Assembly: GCA_050174915.1 (NCBI GenBank)
Contig: JBFXJL010000007.1
Coordinates: 44,036 to 108,035 of the forward strand
DNA from: Elusimicrobiales bacterium
GTDB lineage: Bacteria; Elusimicrobiota; Elusimicrobia; Elusimicrobiales; UBA9959
Length of the DNA stretch: 64,000 nt
Direction of reading: 5' to 3'
In this document: positions 1 through 9,671 of the stretch, one piece after another
Layout: every line of letters begins with the position of its first letter
Position numbering within the stretch: the stretch's first letter is position 1
The notes under the pieces: generated by a model
Seen by the model: only the letters and a program-made list of their open reading frames with translations
What the model was told of the DNA's origin: nothing
Database searches by the model: none
Translations under genes and position numbers: made by a program

Positions 1-1
1 C

Positions 2-706
2 GAGATCAAACAGGCCGACGCCGCGGTGGCTGTCGGCGGCGACGGCACCGTGCTGTACGCGGCGCGCCACGTGATCAAGCTCGGTATCCCGGTGCTGGGC
101 ATCAACGCCGGCGGGCTGGGCTTCCTGAGCGGCATGGAGCAGAAGGATTTTCTCAAGAACACGGAGCTCTTCCTCGCCGGCAAGTTCCACAAGGAGAAGC
201 GCAGCCTGCTGGCCGTCAGCGTGCGCCGCGCCGGCAAAACGGTCTTCGGGCCGCAGCCCGCGCTCAACGACTGCGTGATGCGCAACCCCGAGGCCCGCGC
301 CTTCCAGCTGCGCGCCTCTTTCGGCGGCCAGTTCCTGTCCGACTATTTCGGCGACGGGCTGATAGTCTCCACGCCCAGCGGATCTACGGCCTACAGCCTG
401 GCCGCCTCCGGCCCTATAGTGATGCCGGACCTGGAAGTGTTCCTCCTGTCTCCCATCTGCCCGCACACCCTCACGCACCGGCCCATAGCGCTTTCGGCGG
501 CCAAGGAACTGGAGGTCGCCGTGCGCCCCGGCAACTACGCGCCGCGGGCCCTGTCGCTGTCCATCGACGGGCAGGAGAACTTCGGCCTGGAGCCGGAGGA
601 TTCCGTGCTGGTGTTCCGCTACCCGCGCTCCTTCGAGCTGCTGGTGCCGGTCAACTTCTCCTATTTCGACATATTGCGCCGCAAATTGAGCTGGGGGGAA
701 CGCTAG
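2..706 (+). CDS. nadK: NAD(+) kinase, 5'-truncated by the window edge
   Basis: GGDGT, NDC and GDGLIVSTPSGSTAYSLAASGP motifs; frame is open back to position 2; lies upstream of recN as is common. Confidence 0.93.
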   Translation, partial: EIKQADAAVAVGGDGTVLYAARHVIKLGIPVLGINAGGLGFLSGMEQKDFLKNTELFLAGKFHKEKRSLLAVSVRRAGKTVFGPQPALNDCVMRNPEARAFQLRASFGGQFLSDYFGDGLIVSTPSGSTAYSLAASGPIVMPDLEVFLLSPICPHTLTHRPIALSAAKELEVAVRPGNYAPRALSLSIDGQENFGLEPEDSVLVFRYPRSFELLVPVNFSYFDILRRKLSWGER

Positions 707-2355
707 TGCTCAAGAAACTGTCGATCAGGAATTTCGCGGTCATCGACGCGCTGGACCTGGAACCGGGCCCGGGACTGAATATTTTTACCGGTGAGACCGG
801 CGCGGGCAAGTCCATCATCATCTCGGCGCTGGGCTTCCTGCTGGGAGAGCGCTCCGGCGCCGACATCCTGCGCCCCGGCGCCGCCTCCGCCGAAGTAGAG
901 GGGGAATTCCTCGCCGACAACCTGCCGCCGGCCCTGGCCGAGCGCTGGGCGGTGAAGGGCAAGACTTTGAAAGTGCGCCGCCAGGCCGACCCCAAGGGCC
1001 GCACCCGCGCCTCCATAAACGGCGCGCCGGCCGCGCTGGCGCAGCTGTCCGAACTGGGCGGCTACCTGGTGGATTTTCACGGCCAGAACGAGCACCAGAG
1101 CCTGCTCAAGCCCGAGACCCAGCGCGACCTGCTGGACCGCTACGGCAGGCTGGAGAAGGAGACCAAGGCCGTGGCCGAGGCCTGGGCCGCCGCCCGCGCC
1201 CTGGAGGAAAGCCTCAACGCCGTCTCCATGTCGGAGGACGAGCGCGCGCGCCTGCTGGACCTCTACAAGTTTCAGCTCTCCGAGATAGAGGCCGCCCATT
1301 TGAAACCCGGTGAGGAGGAGGAACTGGAAGCCCTCTGGCCCCGCCTGAAGAACTCCGAGAAACTTTTTACGCTGTCCGGCGAGGCCCACGGCCTGGCCGA
1401 CGACGCCTCCGGCGCCGCCGAGAAGGCGCTGGAGCGCCTGAAGGCCCTGGCGGCCATAGATCCCACGGCCGAGCCGCTGGTGACCAGGATGAATTCTGCG
1501 GCGATAGAGCTGCGCGACCTCACCGGCGAGCTGCGCGCCTACGGCAAGGGCGTGCACAGCGACCCCGGCGAGGTGGACCGCGTGCTGGGCCGGCTGGAAA
1601 AATTCAAGACGCTCAAGAAAAAATACGGCGTCGACATCCCCGCCGTGCTGGCCAGGGGGGAAGAACTGCGGGCCAAGGCCGACGCGCTGGACGGCCTGAC
1701 GCTGGACCGCTCCGAGCTGGAGCAGAAGCTGGCCGCCGCGAGGGCCAAGCTGGAGAAGCTGGCTCTTGCGCTTCATGATAAGCGCGAGGCCGCCGCTAAA
1801 AAACTTTCGGCCGAGATATTAAAAGAGGCGCAGGGGCTGGGCTTCAAGGAAGTGCGCTTCGCCGTGGACGCCGCCTACGACGAGAACGCCATCGCCTCTT
1901 TCGGCGGCGACTCGGTGGAGTATCTTTTTACGGCCAACCCCGGCTACCCGCTGCGGCCGCTGCGCTATACCGCCTCCGGAGGCGAGATGGCCCGCATCAT
2001 GCTGGCCTTGAAGACCGCGCTGTCGCGGGCGGACCGCATCGGCGCGCAGGTCTTCGACGAGGTGGACGCCGGCGTGGGCGCCGTCACGGGCCGCCTGGTG
2101 GGCGAGAAGCTGGCCCGCCTGGCCGCCGACAAACAGATCTTCTGCATCACCCACCTGCCGCAGGTGGCGGCTTTCGGTTCGGCGCATTTCTTCGTGGAGA
2201 AGGACGTGAAGGCGGGCGTGGCCGCGGCCGCGGTGCGGCGCCTCGACGAGCCGGCCCGCGAACTGGAGATAGCCCGCATGCTGGGCGGCAAGAAGCAGTC
2301 GACGGACCTGGGCCTAAAGCACGCCCGCGAGCTGCTGGCCGAGTCCCGTAAATAA
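706..2355 (+). CDS. recN: DNA repair protein RecN
   Basis: Walker A TGETGAGKS, coiled coil, ASGGE signature, FDEVDAGVG, CITHLPQVAA. Confidence 0.96.
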   Translation: MLKKLSIRNFAVIDALDLEPGPGLNIFTGETGAGKSIIISALGFLLGERSGADILRPGAASAEVEGEFLADNLPPALAERWAVKGKTLKVRRQADPKGRTRASINGAPAALAQLSELGGYLVDFHGQNEHQSLLKPETQRDLLDRYGRLEKETKAVAEAWAAARALEESLNAVSMSEDERARLLDLYKFQLSEIEAAHLKPGEEEELEALWPRLKNSEKLFTLSGEAHGLADDASGAAEKALERLKALAAIDPTAEPLVTRMNSAAIELRDLTGELRAYGKGVHSDPGEVDRVLGRLEKFKTLKKKYGVDIPAVLARGEELRAKADALDGLTLDRSELEQKLAAARAKLEKLALALHDKREAAAKKLSAEILKEAQGLGFKEVRFAVDAAYDENAIASFGGDSVEYLFTANPGYPLRPLRYTASGGEMARIMLALKTALSRADRIGAQVFDEVDAGVGAVTGRLVGEKLARLAADKQIFCITHLPQVAAFGSAHFFVEKDVKAGVAAAAVRRLDEPARELEIARMLGGKKQSTDLGLKHARELLAESRK

Positions 2356-2388
2356 TTTTAGCTAACCTAAACCACAAGGAAATACAAC

Positions 2389-3828
2389 ATGGAAGTCAGG
2401 ACCAGATTCGCTCCCAGCCCGACGGGCTACATGCATATCGGCAACCTCCGCACCGCGCTGTACGCCTACCTCTACGCCCGCAAGAACAAGGGCGTCTTCA
2501 TCCTGCGCATAGAGGACACCGACCAGGCCCGCCTGGTGGGGGACAGCGTGCGGGTGATCTACGAGAGCCTGGCCGTGACCGGCCTGGAGCACGACGAGGG
2601 CCCGGACAAGGGCGGTCCGGTGGGGCCGTATGTGCAGAGCGAGCGCAAGCCTATCTACCGCGAGTACGCCGACCAGCTGCTGGCCTCAGGCCGCGCCTAC
2701 CGCTGCTTCTGCGAGAAGACGGAGAAGCAGGAAGAGCCCGGCGAGGAGGTTGACGGCCCGATACTGGGTTACGACGGGCGCTGCAGCCGGCTTTCCGAAG
2801 CCGAGGTGAAAACCAACCTCGATAAGGGACTGCCCTTCGTTATCCGCCAGAAGATAGACAGGGACGGCTCTACCACTTTTAAGGATTTCGTCTACGGCGA
2901 GATCACCGTGGACCACAAGCAGCTTGACGACCAGATCCTGCTCAAGCGCGACGGCTTCCCCACCTACAACTTCGCCAACGTGGTGGACGACCACCTGATG
3001 GGCATCACGCACGTGATGCGGGGCTGCGAGTACATCTCGTCCACGCCCAAGTACCTGCTGCTCTACGGCGCCTTCGGCTGGAGCGCCCCGGAGCACATCC
3101 ACCTGCCGCATATCATGGGCGCCAACGGCAAGAAGCTTTCCAAGCGCGAGGGCAGCGCGGCGCTGTCTGACCTGCTGAGCAAGGGCTTCCTGCCCGAGGC
3201 TATTCTTAATTACATAGCGCTGCTGGGCTGGAACCCGGGCACCGAGCAGGAGTTCTTCACCAAGGCCGACCTCATAGAGAAATTCGACATAGCCCGCATA
3301 GGTAAGGCGCCGGCCATGTTCGACGAGACCAAGCTGGCCTGGCTCAACGCCCAGCACGTGAAGGCCCTGCCGCCGGAGAAGGCGCATGAACTGTTCCTGA
3401 AATTCTACCCCGAGGCCGTGGTTAAGGGCTTTGACGCCGCCAAGCTGACCGGCTATATACAGGGCAAGGTGGAGAAGCTGGCCGATCTGCCGGCCATGAC
3501 GGCCTTCCTGGCCGGCCTGGACGAAAAGTATTCTACGGAGCTGTTCGTTCACGCCAAGAACAAGACCACGCTGGATAGCAGCAAGGCGACCCTGGCGGAC
3601 CTGCAGAGCGTGCTGAACGCCCTGCCGGCCTGGGACTACGCTTCCATACTCGCCGCCGTGAAGGGCTACGCCGAGGCCAAGGCGGCCAAGCTGGGCCCGG
3701 TGATGTGGCCGCTGCGCATAGCCATCTCCGGCCAGGCCGTCACGCCCACCGGCGCCGTAGAGATAGCTGAGCTGCTCGGCAAGCCCGAAACCCTCCGCCG
3801 CGTCTCCCTTGCCATAGCGAAATTGTAA
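2389..3828 (+). CDS. gltX: Glutamate--tRNA ligase
   Basis: RFAPSPTG-HIGN, LRIEDTD, KLSKR motifs; C-terminal anticodon-binding domain. Confidence 0.96.
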   Translation: MEVRTRFAPSPTGYMHIGNLRTALYAYLYARKNKGVFILRIEDTDQARLVGDSVRVIYESLAVTGLEHDEGPDKGGPVGPYVQSERKPIYREYADQLLASGRAYRCFCEKTEKQEEPGEEVDGPILGYDGRCSRLSEAEVKTNLDKGLPFVIRQKIDRDGSTTFKDFVYGEITVDHKQLDDQILLKRDGFPTYNFANVVDDHLMGITHVMRGCEYISSTPKYLLLYGAFGWSAPEHIHLPHIMGANGKKLSKREGSAALSDLLSKGFLPEAILNYIALLGWNPGTEQEFFTKADLIEKFDIARIGKAPAMFDETKLAWLNAQHVKALPPEKAHELFLKFYPEAVVKGFDAAKLTGYIQGKVEKLADLPAMTAFLAGLDEKYSTELFVHAKNKTTLDSSKATLADLQSVLNALPAWDYASILAAVKGYAEAKAAKLGPVMWPLRIAISGQAVTPTGAVEIAELLGKPETLRRVSLAIAKL

Positions 3829-3844
3829 GTACTGGCGGCTAACC

Positions 3845-3976
3845 GGGGCGGGCGGCAAGGGTACGCCTTCTCCGGGTACGCTCGGCCACACCGTGGCCTC
3901 GCTCTTTCGCTTCGGTTCGGCGCTTACGCAAGCCTCACCTACGCGAGGCCCCTCCGAAGGCATACCCCCGCCGCCC
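3845..3976 (+). repeat. Structured intergenic repeat family 1, subtype alpha (copy A)
   Basis: Self-complementary ends; internal GGCCACACCGTGGCC and GCTTACGCAAGC hairpins; near-identical to the reverse complement of 39538-39688. Confidence 0.85.
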
Positions 3977-4054
3977 TTTAGGACACCATCCCAGAGGTTT
4001 ACGCTGATTCTTGGCAATATTTCTGCAAAGTCTATGGCTTATAGTTTATAGACA

Positions 4055-4186
4055 GGGATGACGGAGGGCTGGGTTCGGAAGGCCCTCACGGAGGGAGGAG
4101 CTTGCGTAAGCGCGACGACTGAGTGAGGAGGGGCGCGCACGGTGTGCGCGACCCCGTGCCTGACGGGCCCAGACCTCCGGCATCCC
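4055..4186 (-). repeat. Structured intergenic repeat family 1, subtype beta (copy B)
   Basis: Outer stem GGGATG-CGGAGG-CTGGG / CCCAG-CCTCCG-CATCCC enclosing GCTTGCGTAAGC and CGCGCACGGTGTGCGCG hairpins; aligns with 39398-39534 and 22400-22535. Confidence 0.85.
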
Positions 4187-4269
4187 CGCCAGACACTCTG
4201 TAACAAATTTTCTACATCTTTGTATCAAATCCAACACTGGGGAGTGGTAGAATTTTCATAGCGACTACT

Positions 4270-6675
4270 ATGAAATACTGGTTCTACTCAGAAGGCAATA
4301 TCCTTGGCCCTTACGAGCCGGCAGAAATGCTGGCCCTGCCCGCTTTTGCCGACGAGAGCCTGGTCTGCCCCGAGAGCGCCACCGGCGACAGCCCCGGCGA
4401 CTGGCGCCCCGCCTCCCAGGTGGCCGAGATAGCGGCCGCCCTGAGCGTGGGCGTGGGGCATACCGTCAGCGCCGGCGCCATGACCAACTCCTACGAGTAC
4501 GAGACCGGCTTCAGCTCTTCCGTTAACTATTTCGACAACCGCGAGCCCGCGGCCGGCGCCAGCTACGGCGAACTGCTGGACACGATAGACAATATACTGG
4601 GCGCCTATAAAGAAGGCCCCGCCGCCCCCGGCAAGCCCGCCGAGACCGATTACGACCTGGCCGAGAAGTTCGACATCCGCCTCTCCCGCATACAGGAAGA
4701 GCTGGAGGCCGCCCGCTGGGAGAAGAACCTCCTCCTCGAGAAAATGCGCATGAAGGAGATGGAGGAGAAGAAGAACAAGGCCCGCATAGAGGAACTGGAA
4801 GCCCGCCTCAAGGGCGAGAAGGAAAAGCTGGCCGGCAGCGTTAAGGAAACCGCCCAGGCCCTGCACCTGGCCGACCTTAAAGACAAGGCCGAAACCCTGC
4901 GCCAGATAGAAGAGATCAAGAAAGAAGAACTTTCACTTAAGGAAGACGAGGCCCGCCATCCCGCGCCGCCGCCCGCCCCCGCTGAAGAAGCGGCGGCCGA
5001 GCAGATCACCGAGCCGCCCGCCGCGGAACCCCGCGGTTTTAAGGCCCAGCCCGTCTCCGCCGCTGCCTTTCCCGAGACGGCCCCCGCCGCCGACCAGCCG
5101 GCCCCCAGGCTAGAGACCCGCTCCTTCAAGAGCATCAAGGCCGGCGCCGAGATAAAACTCGCCCGCACCGTCGGTGACGAACTCAAGGAAGAGGCCGAGA
5201 ACGCCGGCCTGACCAAGCGCTCCTTCAAGAGCCTCGGCCAGACCCAGCCCCCGGCTTATGTCTACGGCTCCCATTATGATAAGCCGCTGCCCGGCCCCGA
5301 GGCCGCGCCCGCCGGAGCTTTCAACCCCGGAGCCGCGGCCGAGCCCCTGCCGCAGCAGGCCGGCGGCATAGTGTACGATTTCACCGTGGTTACTACCAGG
5401 CCCGCTGACGTGCAGCAGTTCAAGATCGAGGCCCGCCAGGAGCAGCCCATCGATTACAGGCCGGTCAAGCCGCCCACTTACGACATGGGCATACAGCAGG
5501 CCGCCCCTGCCCCCCAGGCCCAGCCCGCTCCCCAGCCCCAGTTACAGCCCGTGCAGCCCGTGGCGAGCCCGGCCCCCGCGCCGGCCCCCGCCCAGGCGCA
5601 GCAGCCTTTCCAGTTCCAGCCCGCCTATCAGGCGCCCGTGCAGGCCCCCACGCCCACTTTCCAGCAGGCGGCCCAGGCCCAGCCCGCCTACCAGTTCCAG
5701 TCCGGCGGCGCGGCCCGCCCCGCGCCTGCCGCCGTTCCCGAGGCGCAGATGGCTCCGGCCGTGGCCGAGCCCCAGGCCGCCCCTGCCCCCGCCGCCGCCC
5801 CCGCGGACGGTCCCGATTCCCCCGACAAGACGGTTCGCCTGGCCATGCCCGGGCAGAAAGGCAAGCCTTCGGTGAAAGTGGATGAGAAACCCCGCAAGAA
5901 GGGGGGCAAGACGGCTTTCCTCGCTATCCTCGTGATCTTCGGCTCCATAGCCGCCGGCGGCCTCGGTTACTTCTTCCTCGGAGAGGGCGTTAGCTTCTCC
6001 GAATTCTCCATGCTGAGCCTCGGCGGCAAGAAGAAGCCTTCCACGCTGCCCAGCCAGCTCGAGCCCGCGGCGGACAACGCCGCCGCTCCCGACGCCGCGA
6101 CCGAGACGCAGCCCCAGGGCGAGGTCCAGCCCGCGCCCGAGCCCGTCCAGGCGCCCGCGCAGCAGCCCGTCAACGAGAATATCAAGAAAGCCATAGACAT
6201 AGTCAAGAACTACAAACTTTCCGGCGGCCGCGGCGGCATAGCCACCTGGTTCGCTAATTCCTTCCTGTCCAATACCGGCGGCGCCAACGAGGAGTGGACC
6301 GCCACCCCGCTGCACGGCGACATCCTCGTGGTGCAGTACCGCCTGCTGCGGCCCAAGCAGGAGCCGCTGGTGTACCAGTTCGAGGTGGATTCGGCCAAGC
6401 AGGACATTGTGCGCGGCATCAATAATAACGCGCTTGAACTGCTCGACTTCGCCGCCAAAGAGAAGAGCGTGAGCGCCGCCCCCGTCAAGAAGGCCGCCCC
6501 CAGGAAAGCGCCGCGCAAGGCCGTGAAGCGCTCGGAGCCGGACTTGCTGCCGCTGCCCGACGCGCCCGCGGCCGTTTCCGGCGACCAGGACCCTACCGGC
6601 TTCGAGAATCCCGGGGCCGACTCCGAGCAGGTAAAATATCTGAAGGCGCAGGAGTCGGACGAGGAGCTGTTCTAA
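4270..6675 (+). CDS. Hypothetical bitopic membrane protein: GYF_2-like N-terminus, coiled coil, Pro/Ala/Gln-rich linker, one TM helix, C-terminal periplasmic domain
   Basis: YWFY..GNILGPY N-terminal motif; K/E-rich heptads; PAQ low complexity; TM FLAILVIFGSIAAGGLGYFFL preceded by basic residues. Confidence 0.7.
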   Translation: MKYWFYSEGNILGPYEPAEMLALPAFADESLVCPESATGDSPGDWRPASQVAEIAAALSVGVGHTVSAGAMTNSYEYETGFSSSVNYFDNREPAAGASYGELLDTIDNILGAYKEGPAAPGKPAETDYDLAEKFDIRLSRIQEELEAARWEKNLLLEKMRMKEMEEKKNKARIEELEARLKGEKEKLAGSVKETAQALHLADLKDKAETLRQIEEIKKEELSLKEDEARHPAPPPAPAEEAAAEQITEPPAAEPRGFKAQPVSAAAFPETAPAADQPAPRLETRSFKSIKAGAEIKLARTVGDELKEEAENAGLTKRSFKSLGQTQPPAYVYGSHYDKPLPGPEAAPAGAFNPGAAAEPLPQQAGGIVYDFTVVTTRPADVQQFKIEARQEQPIDYRPVKPPTYDMGIQQAAPAPQAQPAPQPQLQPVQPVASPAPAPAPAQAQQPFQFQPAYQAPVQAPTPTFQQAAQAQPAYQFQSGGAARPAPAAVPEAQMAPAVAEPQAAPAPAAAPADGPDSPDKTVRLAMPGQKGKPSVKVDEKPRKKGGKTAFLAILVIFGSIAAGGLGYFFLGEGVSFSEFSMLSLGGKKKPSTLPSQLEPAADNAAAPDAATETQPQGEVQPAPEPVQAPAQQPVNENIKKAIDIVKNYKLSGGRGGIATWFANSFLSNTGGANEEWTATPLHGDILVVQYRLLRPKQEPLVYQFEVDSAKQDIVRGINNNALELLDFAAKEKSVSAAPVKKAAPRKAPRKAVKRSEPDLLPLPDAPAAVSGDQDPTGFENPGADSEQVKYLKAQESDEELF

Positions 6676-6695
6676 GGCCGGGCGCGGCATGACTC

Positions 6696-6725
6696 TTGTC
6701 AATAGGCGCCGTCTATTTATAGTAT
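6696..6725 (+). promoter_or_regulatory. Putative sigma70 promoter of the pilB-pilT-pilC operon
   Basis: TTGTCA followed after 16-18 nt by TATAGT/TAGTAT in an AT-rich patch. Confidence 0.4.
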
Positions 6726-6789
6726 TATATAGTGTCCAAGCTGGGGGGCCTGCGCCGAGGAGGCGGAGGCCTGTCCCGTTTTTTAGACT

Positions 6790-8559
6790 ATGGCAGAGAA
6801 AGGAATAGCCGTAAACATTTCAAGGCGCCTCGGGGAGATGCTCGTCTCCGCGGGCCTCATCACTGCCGCCCAGCTGGCCGAGGTGCTGGAGATGCAGCGC
6901 ACCAGCGGCGGCAAGCTGGGGCAGCTGCTGGTACACAAGAAATTCATAGACGAGCGCAAGCTGCTGGAGTTCCTCAGCAAACAGTTCGGCATCGAGTTCG
7001 TGGACCTGCGCAACCTGGAAATAAAGCCGGACATCCTCAAGATCATCCCCGAAAACATCGCCCGCCGCTACGGCCTGGTGGCGGTGGACAAGACCGAGAA
7101 CAAGCTGAAAGTGGCGATGGAGGATCCGCTCAACATCGTGGTCCTCGACGACCTGAAGATGATGACCGGCTTCGACATCAAGCCCGTCTTCGGGGCCGAG
7201 TCCGACATCAGCGCCGCGATAGACAAGAATTACGGGGCCAAGACCTCCAAGGAAGCCCTGGACGACATCCTCCGCAAGACCGTCAACGGCACTACCGAGG
7301 TGTCGCTGGTGGAGGAGGACGTGAACAAGGGGGGGGGCGACGACCTGATCTCCCTGGAGGCGACGGGAGAGGCCGCGCCCATAATCAAGATGGTGAACCT
7401 CATCATCTCCAGCGCCATCAAGGCCCACGCCTCCGATATCCACATCGAGCCGACCTACAAAGAGACCAAGATCCGCTTCCGCATCGACGGCGTGCTGCAC
7501 GCGCAGCCCTCTCCGCCCAAGAAATTTCATAACGCCATCGTCAGCCGCCTCAAGATCATGTCCACCCTGGACATCTCCGAGCGCCGGCTGCCGCAGGACG
7601 GCCGCACCAAGCTCAAGATCGAGGACCACGAGATAGACCTGCGCGTCTCCATCCTGCCCTGCGGTCCGGGCGAGAAGGTGGTCATGCGTATCCTGGACTC
7701 CTCCGGCCTCAAGCTGCGCCTCGAGGACCTGGGCATGGAGCCCGAGAACCTGGCCATCTTCGCCAAGTGCCTCAGGGCCCCGCACGGCATCAACCTGGTC
7801 ACCGGCCCCACCGGCTCGGGCAAGTCCACCACCCTCTATTCCGCCCTCGCCACCCTCAACGAGCCCGACGTCAATATCGTCACCATCGAGGACCCGATCG
7901 AGTACCAGCTGGAAGGCATCAACCAGGTGATGGTCAACAACGACGTGGGCCTTACTTTCGCCGCCGGCCTGCGCTCCTTCCTGCGCCAGGACCCCGACGT
8001 GATCATGGTCGGCGAAATCCGCGATTTCGAGACCATGGCCACCGCCATCAACGCGGCCATGACGGGCCACCTGGTTTTCTCCACGCTGCACACCAACGAC
8101 GCCCCCGGCGCCATCACCCGCATAGGCATGATGGGGGTGGAACCGTTCCTGACCTCTTCCACGCTGCTGATGGTGGTGGCGCAGCGCCTGGTGCGCTGCA
8201 TCTGCAAGGGGTGCAAGGAAACCTACGAGGTGGCGCCCGAGCTGCTGGTCAGCCTGGGGGTGCCCAGGGCGCTCCTTGATAATAATATTAAAAATGGTAA
8301 AATTACCCTGTCCAGAGGGAGGGGTTGCGACATCTGCGCCCAGACCGGCTACAAAGGCCGCATGGGTATACACGAGATACTTGAGGTCAGCGACGTCATC
8401 AGGGCCCTGATCATAGAAAAAGCGCATACTTCCAAGATCAAGGAGGCGGCGCGCAAGAACGGCATGATCACGCTGCGCGAATCGGCCCTCCGCAAGCTTT
8501 TTTCGGGAGCGACCACGGTGGAAGAAGTCATCCGCGTCACCGGGTCCGACGTGGATTAA
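6790..8559 (+). CDS. pilB: Type IV pilus assembly ATPase PilB (GspE/PulE family) with MshEN-type N-terminus
   Basis: RLGEMLV..GLIT..QL...L..Q repeated (MshEN c-di-GMP motif); GPTGSGKST; LRQDPDVIMVGEIRD; CxxC..CxxC. Confidence 0.93.
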   Translation: MAEKGIAVNISRRLGEMLVSAGLITAAQLAEVLEMQRTSGGKLGQLLVHKKFIDERKLLEFLSKQFGIEFVDLRNLEIKPDILKIIPENIARRYGLVAVDKTENKLKVAMEDPLNIVVLDDLKMMTGFDIKPVFGAESDISAAIDKNYGAKTSKEALDDILRKTVNGTTEVSLVEEDVNKGGGDDLISLEATGEAAPIIKMVNLIISSAIKAHASDIHIEPTYKETKIRFRIDGVLHAQPSPPKKFHNAIVSRLKIMSTLDISERRLPQDGRTKLKIEDHEIDLRVSILPCGPGEKVVMRILDSSGLKLRLEDLGMEPENLAIFAKCLRAPHGINLVTGPTGSGKSTTLYSALATLNEPDVNIVTIEDPIEYQLEGINQVMVNNDVGLTFAAGLRSFLRQDPDVIMVGEIRDFETMATAINAAMTGHLVFSTLHTNDAPGAITRIGMMGVEPFLTSSTLLMVVAQRLVRCICKGCKETYEVAPELLVSLGVPRALLDNNIKNGKITLSRGRGCDICAQTGYKGRMGIHEILEVSDVIRALIIEKAHTSKIKEAARKNGMITLRESALRKLFSGATTVEEVIRVTGSDVD

Positions 8560-8588
8560 ATCAGGCAGCCCTACAGGAGCACATACAA

Positions 8589-9665
8589 ATGGTAACAATG
8601 AGCGAACTGTTCATCATGATGCACGAGAAGAACGCCTCGGATATCCACATCACCGCCGGCGCCACCCCGATGCTGCGCATCGACGGCGACCTGATCCAGA
8701 CCCCTTTCGAGAAGCTCACGCCCGAGATGTGCCAGACGCTCATCTTCTCGCTGATGACCGACGCGCAGCGCCAGCGCTTCGAGGCCACCAACGAGCTCGA
8801 TTTCGCCTTCGGCATCAAGGGTATGGGCCGCCTGCGCATGAACGCCTACCGCCAGCGCGGCGTGGTCGGCGCGGCCATCCGTTCTATACCTTCCAAGTAC
8901 AAGACTTTCGAAGAGCTCAACCTGCCCCCGGTAGTCTATGAACTGATGAAGATGACCAAGGGCCTGCTGCTCATCACCGGCCCCACGGGCTCGGGCAAGT
9001 CCACCACGCTCGCGTCGATGATCGACTACCTCAACGAGCACCGCAATTACCACATCATCACCGTCGAGGACCCCATCGAGTACGTGCACACGCACAAGAA
9101 GAGCATCGTCAACCAGCGCGAAGTGGGCGCCGACACCGAGACTTTCGGCGCCGCGCTGCGCCACGTGCTGCGCCAGGACCCCGACGTCATCCTGATCGGC
9201 GAGTTGCGCGACCTGGAGACCATCGGCGCCGCGCTGAACATCGCCGAAACCGGCCACCTCGTGTTCGCCACGCTGCACACCTCCGACGCCGCCCAGACGA
9301 TCAACCGCATCATCGACGTCTTCCCGCCGCACCAGCAGGAACAGATCCGCGTACAGCTCTCGTTCGTGCTGCAGGGCGTGTTCGCCCAGCAGCTGCTGCC
9401 CCACGCCAGCGGCACCGGGCGCACCCTCGCCTGCGAGGTGCTGATCGCCAATTCGGCCGTGCGCAACCTGATCCGCGAGCAGAAGATCGAGCAGATCGCC
9501 ACGATCATCCAAACCGGCGGCAAGTACGGCATGGTCACGATGAACCAGTCGCTCGTCGAGCTTTACAAGAAGCAGAAGATCAGCTACCAGGAAGCCGTGA
9601 ACCGCTCCACCGACCCCGAAGACCTCAAGAAGCTCCTGCAGAAGTCGCTCTCGGTCACGGGTTGA
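8589..9665 (+). CDS. pilT: Type IV pilus retraction ATPase PilT
   Basis: ASDIHI, GPTGSGKSTT, EDPIEY, AETGHLVFATLHT, AVRNLIRE. Confidence 0.95.
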   Translation: MVTMSELFIMMHEKNASDIHITAGATPMLRIDGDLIQTPFEKLTPEMCQTLIFSLMTDAQRQRFEATNELDFAFGIKGMGRLRMNAYRQRGVVGAAIRSIPSKYKTFEELNLPPVVYELMKMTKGLLLITGPTGSGKSTTLASMIDYLNEHRNYHIITVEDPIEYVHTHKKSIVNQREVGADTETFGAALRHVLRQDPDVILIGELRDLETIGAALNIAETGHLVFATLHTSDAAQTINRIIDVFPPHQQEQIRVQLSFVLQGVFAQQLLPHASGTGRTLACEVLIANSAVRNLIREQKIEQIATIIQTGGKYGMVTMNQSLVELYKKQKISYQEAVNRSTDPEDLKKLLQKSLSVTG

Positions 9666-9671
9666 TGAACG

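Noticed and set aside
3845-4186. Family-1 repeats as tRNA, tmRNA, SRP RNA, T-box or riboswitch
   Set aside because: No cloverleaf with T-loop and CCA, and no known consensus recognised; copies occur in both orientations at unrelated genes. An Rfam search is still needed.
5500-5810. CAG/CCC/GCC-rich quasi-repeats
   Set aside because: Explained by a Pro/Gln/Ala-rich protein linker.
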